Assembly: GCA_024405815.1 (NCBI GenBank)
Contig: JAKSNX010000001.1
Location: 2,711 to 66,710 of the forward strand
From: Paludibacteraceae bacterium
Lineage (GTDB): Bacteria; Bacteroidota; Bacteroidia; Bacteroidales; Paludibacteraceae
Length of the DNA stretch: 64,000 bases
Direction of reading: 5' to 3'
Part shown: positions 57,634 to 64,000 of the stretch, piece after piece
Numbering within the stretch: the first letter of the stretch is position 1
Layout of the letters: every line of letters starts with the position of its first letter
Program-made: the position numbers and the translations under genes
The notes under the pieces: model-generated
What the model was told of the DNA's origin: nothing
Databases searched by the model: none
Seen by the model: the letters and a program-made list of their open reading frames with translations, nothing else

Positions 57634-58940
57634 TGGATTCAACTATCAGCATAATACCATTAACTATCAATTTGTTGTTATATGCTCTAACTTTTATTGC
57701 GTATCATAACAAACGCAAATATTGGAGCATAGGCACGTTCCTTTTGCTTCAATGTGTAGTTTTGGCTGTACTGGCTATTGCTTCTTTTTATGCTCCCACG
57801 TCTGGGTGGAAACCATATAAATCATTTTTGCACATATTCCCGTTCATATACCTATACATAATGTTCATGCTCGCCATGTATCCTGTATTGAAGTTTCATG
57901 AAGAACAATACAAACTTACTGAAGAGCCTGTAAATTTCATCATCGTTCCAGTAATAATTCTTACATTAATCGGATTTCTTCAAATTCCTGAAATAATTGA
58001 GTTATTCAAATCAAGCATCACCACTCTTGTCGACTCAAAACAAGGAGGTGCACATTTGTACGCACAAATGCGTGATAATGCACATACCTCAGGACATTCT
58101 GCAACCAATATTTTGGCAATAATAGGCAATTCCACAAGTGAAATATGCGTATTCCTATTTGTATATTTGCACACTCTGAAAAAAAAGTTCACCCTATGTA
58201 AAATAGGACTATTTTCAATTTTTGCCTGTTCCTCAGTCAGAGGTCTGGCATCAGGTTCAAGATACATTGTTCTACTTGCGTTTATATCATTAATTGCTTG
58301 TTTGGTGCTTTTTAGGCCATACCTCACCAAGAGAAACCTATCAAATCTAAAAACACTCTCCATTGTATGTATTGTGATTGCAGCCCTTGTAGTCGGTGCT
58401 ATAACAATCAGTAGATTCGGGAATAACAGCAAGAATAAAAATGCGACAACGCAATCAGTCTTATGGTACACTGGACAATCTATGATTTTCTTTAACAATA
58501 ATGGATTGGATGCAAACGGAATCAGACACGGCGATAGGACCATAAACCTATTTAAATCATTTTTTGATGAAGACACACCAAGAAATTATGTTGAAAGAAG
58601 AAAAAAATACTCAAATATGGCACTTGACGACTATGTATTTTATAGTTTTGTCGGCGATTTTACATTAGATTACGGACCTTTCTGGGCATTCATTATTTTT
58701 ATTATAGCGGCTATTGTCTTACGATACAAGACAAAAGTATATGGAAATAATGTTGAGCCACACAAATTATTGCTTATATTTATAATAGTCAATTGTTGTC
58801 TGCAAGGCTCAATGACACTATTTCCATACGCTGATATAGGTGGTAATCTGAAACTTATATTATTCTTTATTTTTTATGAATATCTGAAAATAGTACACTA
58901 CAGATGTGGAAAACAAATAGAAAATGATGAACAAGACTAA
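57630..58940 (+). CDS. Putative O-antigen/oligosaccharide repeat-unit polymerase (Wzy-like)
   Basis: 436 aa polytopic membrane protein with a large loop near the C-terminus, positioned in a wzx/GT operon. No strong motif; the assignment rests on topology and context. Confidence 0.5.
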   Translation: MMDSTISIIPLTINLLLYALTFIAYHNKRKYWSIGTFLLLQCVVLAVLAIASFYAPTSGWKPYKSFLHIFPFIYLYIMFMLAMYPVLKFHEEQYKLTEEPVNFIIVPVIILTLIGFLQIPEIIELFKSSITTLVDSKQGGAHLYAQMRDNAHTSGHSATNILAIIGNSTSEICVFLFVYLHTLKKKFTLCKIGLFSIFACSSVRGLASGSRYIVLLAFISLIACLVLFRPYLTKRNLSNLKTLSIVCIVIAALVVGAITISRFGNNSKNKNATTQSVLWYTGQSMIFFNNNGLDANGIRHGDRTINLFKSFFDEDTPRNYVERRKKYSNMALDDYVFYSFVGDFTLDYGPFWAFIIFIIAAIVLRYKTKVYGNNVEPHKLLLIFIIVNCCLQGSMTLFPYADIGGNLKLILFFIFYEYLKIVHYRCGKQIENDEQD

Positions 58941-60084
58941 AATTATTGCACTTTATCTGCCACAATTCCACCCCATCCCTGAAAATGACTTATGGTGGGG
59001 TAAAGGGTTTACAGAATGGACAAATGTAGCTCAAGCTAAACCTCTGTTTAGAGGACACTATCAACCACGAATACCTTCTGAATTGGGGTTTTATGATTTA
59101 CGTCTGAGTGAAGTGAGGGAAGCCCAAGCACAAATGGCAAAAGATTCAGGAATCTACGGATTCTGCTACTACCATTATTGGTTTGGGAACGGAAAACAAC
59201 TTTTGGAAAGACCTTTCAATGAGGTGCTTTCAAGTGGGAAACCCGACTTTCCTTTCTGCTTGTGCTGGGCGAATCACACTTGGTCAAACAAAACATGGAA
59301 AAAATCATCCGCTCTTGCAACTGAACAGATTCTTATTGAGCAGAAATACGGAGGCATTGAGGATTACACATTACACTTCAATACCTTGCTTCCTGCATTT
59401 AATGATGAAAGATATATTCGCATTGACGGCAAGCCGGTATTTGTAATTTATGACACTATAGGATTTAAGGAGGTGTCATTATTTATAAAGTTATGGCAGG
59501 AACTTGCTGTAAAAAACGGATTGGATGGTATATATTTCATTGGGATGACACCGTCAACAATAAGTATAAAATTCAATGCCGACGGTTCAACAAGCAGAAT
59601 TATACCTAACACCCAAAGTAGTGCCGAACTATTTAACAAAACCTTGTCTTTAGGATTTGATGCAGTCAATTCCTTTGGCAAGAGCAGAGGTGAAATGCTT
59701 AGTAAGGGAAAGCTGACTGATTTGCTGCAAAAATTCATCTTACAGAAAACATACAACATTATTCCCAACACATACAATTATTCAAAAGTAGTTGCCAATT
59801 TTTTTGCTCCTGAAGATAAATGGGATAATGTATTCCCTACCATTCTACCACAATGGGATAGAAGTCCCCGTGTTGGTAAAGCCGAGGGGATTTATGTTGG
59901 CAGCACACCTACAGAATTTAAAAAGCATCTACAGAATGCCATTGATTTTGTTTCCGCAAAGCCTGACAACAGAAGGTATATTTTTCTAAAATCATGGAAT
60001 GAATGGGCTGAAGGAAATTATGTTGAACCAGATATAAAATATGGTGACGGATATTTGAAAGCATTAAAAGAAGTCCTTATATGA
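58924..60084 (+). CDS. WbsX-like glycosyltransferase / GH99-like domain protein
   Basis: 386 aa. The N-terminal IALYLPQFHPIPENDLWWGKGFTEWTNV and FCYYHYWF are characteristic of the WbsX family as I recall it. Confidence 0.7.
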   Translation: MMNKTKIIALYLPQFHPIPENDLWWGKGFTEWTNVAQAKPLFRGHYQPRIPSELGFYDLRLSEVREAQAQMAKDSGIYGFCYYHYWFGNGKQLLERPFNEVLSSGKPDFPFCLCWANHTWSNKTWKKSSALATEQILIEQKYGGIEDYTLHFNTLLPAFNDERYIRIDGKPVFVIYDTIGFKEVSLFIKLWQELAVKNGLDGIYFIGMTPSTISIKFNADGSTSRIIPNTQSSAELFNKTLSLGFDAVNSFGKSRGEMLSKGKLTDLLQKFILQKTYNIIPNTYNYSKVVANFFAPEDKWDNVFPTILPQWDRSPRVGKAEGIYVGSTPTEFKKHLQNAIDFVSAKPDNRRYIFLKSWNEWAEGNYVEPDIKYGDGYLKALKEVLI

Positions 60085-61202
60085 AGAAATTATTATTAGT
60101 TTTCGGCACAAGGCCTGAAGCCATTAAAATGGCACCGGTTGTTATGGAATTAAAATCCCGTCCTGAATGTTTTGATGTCAAAGTGTGTGTTACAGCACAA
60201 CACAGACAGATGCTGGATCAGGTTTTGGAGTTTTTTGAAATCACTCCCGACTATGATTTGAATTTGATGAAGCCTAATCAAACACTATATGACATAACAT
60301 GCAATGTCATTATGGGGATGAAGGATGTTCTGGAGCAGTTCAAGCCTGACTATGCTTTTGTACACGGCGATACAACAACCTCAACAGCAACAGCCATTGC
60401 CGCATTCTACGCAGGCGTTAAAATATGTCATGTTGAAGCAGGATTGAGAACGTATGATAAATATGCACCATTCCCGGAAGAGATGAACAGACAACTGACC
60501 GGCAGACTTGCCGACATTCATTTTTCTCCAACAAAAAAATCATTTCAGAATCTGGTGAATGAAAACACACCAAAAGAGAATATTTACATTACAGGCAACA
60601 CTGTCATTGATGCATTAATCTATAGTGCAGGCAAAGTGAACACCATTACTGACAATGATGAGATAAATATGTTGAAGAGCATCTGCATTGAGGATGACAT
60701 AATTTTAATAACAGGACACAGAAGAGAAAATTTTGGAGACGGATTCCTAAGGATATGTGAAGCCTTAAAGGAAATCGCACTTAAATTTCCAAAAGCAAGA
60801 ATAGTATATCCAGTCCACTTAAATCCAAATGTTCAAAAACCTGTATATTCCATTCTAAACGGGATTGACAACATTTCACTAATAAACCCGTTAGGATATC
60901 CTGCTTTTGTTTGGTTAATGCAAAAGAGCAAAATTATAATAACCGACAGCGGAGGTGTTCAAGAAGAGGCACCAAGTTTAGGGAAGCCTGTTCTGGTAAT
61001 GAGAGAAGTGACAGAGCGTCCAGAGGCAGTTGATGCCGGCACAGTGATATTAGTTGGCACAGACAAAGATAAAATAGTTTCAGAGACGATTTCTCTTATG
61101 ACCGATTCCGTTAAATACAAAAAAATGTCGGACTGTATAAATCCATACGGAGACGGTTTGGCTTCAAAAAGAATTGTGAACACAATAATGAAATTACAAT
61201 AA
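60081..61202 (+). CDS. wecB: UDP-N-acetylglucosamine 2-epimerase (non-hydrolysing)
   Basis: 373 aa with FGTRPEAIKMAP, HVEAGLRT and TDSGGVQEEAPSLGKPVLVMR. Confidence 0.92.
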   Translation: MKKLLLVFGTRPEAIKMAPVVMELKSRPECFDVKVCVTAQHRQMLDQVLEFFEITPDYDLNLMKPNQTLYDITCNVIMGMKDVLEQFKPDYAFVHGDTTTSTATAIAAFYAGVKICHVEAGLRTYDKYAPFPEEMNRQLTGRLADIHFSPTKKSFQNLVNENTPKENIYITGNTVIDALIYSAGKVNTITDNDEINMLKSICIEDDIILITGHRRENFGDGFLRICEALKEIALKFPKARIVYPVHLNPNVQKPVYSILNGIDNISLINPLGYPAFVWLMQKSKIIITDSGGVQEEAPSLGKPVLVMREVTERPEAVDAGTVILVGTDKDKIVSETISLMTDSVKYKKMSDCINPYGDGLASKRIVNTIMKLQ

Positions 61203-61203
61203 A

Positions 61204-62259
61204 ATGAAAATAGGCTTAATTATACCAGGGAACGAGGGTTTTCTTCCGTTTATTTCAATCTTCAAGAAAATATTGAAAGAAAAAAACGTTGAATTTGAAT
61301 GTGTCATTTGGAATAGGATGAACATGACTGAAAAAGGCATTGTTTATAATGCATACTCTAATCGTGCCCAAAATAATTTTCTAAAATTGTTCAACTACTA
61401 TAAATTTGCTGGATTTGCCGCAAAACAAGCCTTAAAACATAAATTTGACAAACTTGTAGTCTTTAGTCCGCAACTTGCATTGTTTATGTATCCGTTCCTA
61501 AAAAAACATTACGCTAACAGATTCTGGTTGGACTATAGGGACTTGAGCATAGAACAAAAGTGTATAAAACTCTTCAAGAAGTTACTGGATATTAGTGAAT
61601 ATATATCTATATCATCTCCTGGATTCAAAAAAGCATTACCTGATGGTTACGAGTATATTTTAAGTCATAATTTTGATATTGATGAGATTAAAAGCATTCT
61701 GAACACTCCTTTTACTTCAGGTGTCAGAAAAGAAACAATGGATACAGTAACTGTTTCCACCATAGGAGCCATCCGTTTAGATTCCAATATTGAGGTAATT
61801 GACAGCATAAAAGGCAACAATAAAATATTACTAAGATTTATTGGGGAAGGTATGGCATCAAAAACACTTCAGGAATACGCAGAGAGAACCAATGCCAAGA
61901 ACGTAACATTTAGTGGATTCTACAAAAAATGTGATGAGCATATATTTTATGAGACAACAGATTTTGTAAACATTTACTATCCACACATACTATCTCACGA
62001 CACAGCACTTTCCAATAGATTTTATAAGTCTCTTGTTTTTAGAAAACCAATGATTGTCCGAAGCAATTCCATTCAGGGTGATTATGTGAAAAAGTATAGG
62101 CTTGGTCTATCTCTAGACGATTGTAATGATCTCTCTGTTAAATTATGCGAATATGTAATTGATGATGATTTCAGCGAAAGATGCAATATGCTGCTTTCTG
62201 AATTTTGTAAGGATTATGATTGCTTTTATAATAAATTTGTAGATTTTATAGACAAATGA
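61204..62259 (+). CDS. Putative GT-B fold glycosyltransferase
   Basis: 351 aa. The C-terminal half (LRFIGEG...TFSGF...SNRFYKSLVFRKPMIV) resembles the nucleotide-sugar binding half of GT4-like enzymes. Weak assignment. Confidence 0.4.
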   Translation: MKIGLIIPGNEGFLPFISIFKKILKEKNVEFECVIWNRMNMTEKGIVYNAYSNRAQNNFLKLFNYYKFAGFAAKQALKHKFDKLVVFSPQLALFMYPFLKKHYANRFWLDYRDLSIEQKCIKLFKKLLDISEYISISSPGFKKALPDGYEYILSHNFDIDEIKSILNTPFTSGVRKETMDTVTVSTIGAIRLDSNIEVIDSIKGNNKILLRFIGEGMASKTLQEYAERTNAKNVTFSGFYKKCDEHIFYETTDFVNIYYPHILSHDTALSNRFYKSLVFRKPMIVRSNSIQGDYVKKYRLGLSLDDCNDLSVKLCEYVIDDDFSERCNMLLSEFCKDYDCFYNKFVDFIDK

Positions 62260-62266
62260 TTTTTAT

Positions 62267-63385
62267 ATGAAGTACGATTATCTTATAGTTGGTTCCGGAC
62301 TTTTTGGTGCTACATTCGCATATTTTGCAAAAAAAGCGGGGAAAAATTCTCTTGTAATAGACAAACGTCCACAATTGGGAGGAAATGTTTATTGTGAGCA
62401 AATAGAAGGTATAAATGTCCATAAATATGGTGCTCATATTTTTCATACGAACAATAAAGAAGTTTGGGATTTTGTAAATTCAATAGTACCATTTAATCGT
62501 TACACAAACAGTCCGGTAGCAAACTACAAGGGCACTCTGTATAATCTGCCGTTCAACATGAACACATTTTATCAGATGTGGGGAGTCACAACACCGGCAG
62601 AAGCACAAGCAAAAATTGATGAGCAAAAAGCATTTGCATTGACGTGTTTAAACGGGCGTGAACCAGCCAATCTTGAAGAGCAGGCATTATGTTTGGTTGG
62701 AGAGGATATTTTTGTAAAATTAATAAAGGAATATACCGAAAAACAGTGGGGTCGCAAATGCAGCGAACTGCCTGCTTTCATCATTAAAAGATTACCTGTC
62801 CGATATACATACGACAACAACTATTTCAATGATTTATATCAAGGTATTCCTATCGGTGGATATAATATTCTCATTAACAGATTATTAGAAGGTATAGACT
62901 GCAAAACAGGAATTGACTTTTTTGATAATTTAAAAAACAATTGGCAGAATATTGCAAAAAAATTAGTATATTGTGGGCCTTTAGATGAATTCTTTCAGTT
63001 CAGTTTGGGTCATTTAGATTGGCGTACGGTAACATTTAAGACAAGAATAGAAGACACCCCAAACTATCAAGGAAACGCAGTTGTAAACTACACCTCTTAT
63101 GATAAGCCCTATACTCGTATAATAGAGCATAAACACTTTGAAATGTTTGGTAACAATATCTATAATTGCCCTAAAACAGTAGTCAGTGAGGAATATAGCG
63201 TAGAATATAAATATGGTATGGAGCAATACTATCCCATTAATGACAATAGAAACAACACAATCGCTGAACAATACAAGATACTCGCAAGTCAACAACAAAA
63301 TGTATTGTTCGGAGGTCGTCTGGCAGAATACAAGTATTATGATATGGCACCAATAATAGAAAAAGTAATGAATTTATGGAAATGA
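62267..63385 (+). CDS. glf: UDP-galactopyranose mutase
   Basis: 372 aa with YDYLIVGSGLFGA (FAD), GAHIFHT, and FGGRLAEYKYYDM near the C-terminus. Confidence 0.93.
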   Translation: MKYDYLIVGSGLFGATFAYFAKKAGKNSLVIDKRPQLGGNVYCEQIEGINVHKYGAHIFHTNNKEVWDFVNSIVPFNRYTNSPVANYKGTLYNLPFNMNTFYQMWGVTTPAEAQAKIDEQKAFALTCLNGREPANLEEQALCLVGEDIFVKLIKEYTEKQWGRKCSELPAFIIKRLPVRYTYDNNYFNDLYQGIPIGGYNILINRLLEGIDCKTGIDFFDNLKNNWQNIAKKLVYCGPLDEFFQFSLGHLDWRTVTFKTRIEDTPNYQGNAVVNYTSYDKPYTRIIEHKHFEMFGNNIYNCPKTVVSEEYSVEYKYGMEQYYPINDNRNNTIAEQYKILASQQQNVLFGGRLAEYKYYDMAPIIEKVMNLWK

Positions 63386-64000
63386 ATGAACAATTAGTAA
63401 GTATTATCACTCCACTATACAATGGAGAGCGTTTTTTATCAGCAACAATTGATTCTGTAATAGCACAAACGTATAAAGAGTGGGAAATGATTATAATAAA
63501 CGATGGCAGCAAAGATGGAGGTGAATCAATAGCCCGTGCATACGCAGAAAAAGATTCTCGCATTAAAGTGTTATCCCAGCCTAACAGAGGAAGTGCCGCT
63601 GCCAGAAATAACGGTATTCGTATGGCAACTGGCAGGTATATTGCACTGCTTGATGCAGATGATTTATGGGAACCTGATTTTCTGGAACAACAGTTGCGGC
63701 TTTTAAAAGAAAAGAAATGTCAATTAGTATGTGGCGCTTATAAAAGAATAGATGAATATGGTAAAGAAATATTGAAACCATTTGTACCACCTATATCCGT
63801 CACTTATAATGATATGTTATACACCAATAGCATCGGTTGCCTTACCGGATTGTATGACACACTGCCGTATGGCAAAATCTATTTAAATGAAAACTTCCGT
63901 AGTTTACGTGATGACCATATATTTTGGCTTGATATTATAAAAAAATGTCACATTGCCTATGGCAATCAAAATATTGTAGCATCTTACAGGATATCCAGCA
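63382..64000 (+). CDS. Family 2 glycosyltransferase, N-terminal 206 codons (runs off the right window edge)
   Basis: Not in the ORF track because truncated. Manual translation from the ATG at 63382 (ATGA overlap with the glf stop) gives MNEQLVSIITPLYNGERFLSATIDSVIAQTYKEWEMIIINDGSKDGG...ALLDADDLW, a GT2 signature. It is open to position 64000. Confidence 0.85.
   Translation, partial: MNEQLVSIITPLYNGERFLSATIDSVIAQTYKEWEMIIINDGSKDGGESIARAYAEKDSRIKVLSQPNRGSAAARNNGIRMATGRYIALLDADDLWEPDFLEQQLRLLKEKKCQLVCGAYKRIDEYGKEILKPFVPPISVTYNDMLYTNSIGCLTGLYDTLPYGKIYLNENFRSLRDDHIFWLDIIKKCHIAYGNQNIVASYRISS

Noticed and set aside
1-64000. Searched by eye for tRNA, rRNA, CRISPR arrays, transposase or integrase genes, toxin-antitoxin pairs and defence-system hallmarks.
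   Set aside because: None found. Every intergenic region longer than 60 nt was read. The largest (3710-4011, 12821-12975, 30360-30496, 34601-34774, 46692-46851) contain only promoter-like, hairpin or terminator-like elements. All large ORFs have housekeeping or glycan-biosynthesis assignments.

Overview
This 64 kb window looks like core chromosome of a low-GC Bacteroidota (Bacteroidales/Prevotella-like) bacterium. The taxon call rests on gene order, several TAnnTTTG -7 promoter motifs and the protein families present. It is inference, not a database hit.

Content, left to right:
- A truncated membrane-protein gene, then ispG, pckA and metK.
- A tightly packed aromatic amino-acid operon: rpiB, aroC, tyrA, DAHP synthase and an aroD-aroA fusion. 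A RelA/SpoT homolog plus chorismate mutase converge on it.
- The complete str-S10-spc-alpha ribosomal cluster on the minus strand, rpsL to rplQ (12.9-30.9 kb). I located rpmJ and rpmD by hand because they are absent from the ORF track.
- A 7TM-HD (PgpH-like) protein, a secreted C1 cysteine peptidase, and a minus-strand operon of mlaE-mlaF-like genes, a small ORF, mutL and a putative outer-membrane protein.
- A small membrane protein, a Skp/OmpH-like protein, fmt and dnaG.
- An orphan histidine kinase abutting pnp, two lipoproteins and pepD.
- dnaX, interrupted at an A10 run, and an ftsB-like gene.
- From about 51.3 kb to the window end, a surface-polysaccharide locus. It holds a FemAB/GNAT-like gene, a glycosyltransferase-Wzx fusion, proS, a second wzx, an acetyltransferase, a wzy-like gene, a WbsX-like gene, wecB, a glycosyltransferase, glf and a GT2 gene.

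I found no rRNA, tRNA, CRISPR array, transposase, integrase or recognisable defence module. I cannot honestly point to a clear new multi-gene system here.

The observations most worth follow-up are:
1. The dnaX A10 recoding or indel site.
2. The aroD-aroA fusion, whose EPSPS glyphosate/PEP loop is divergent.
3. The fused glycosyltransferase-flippase ORF, with proS embedded in the glycan operon.
4. A histidine kinase whose ATG directly abuts the pnp stop codon.
5. A Skp-like protein with a CxCxCCxCC tail.
6. Several structured leaders and spacers in the ribosomal operons.
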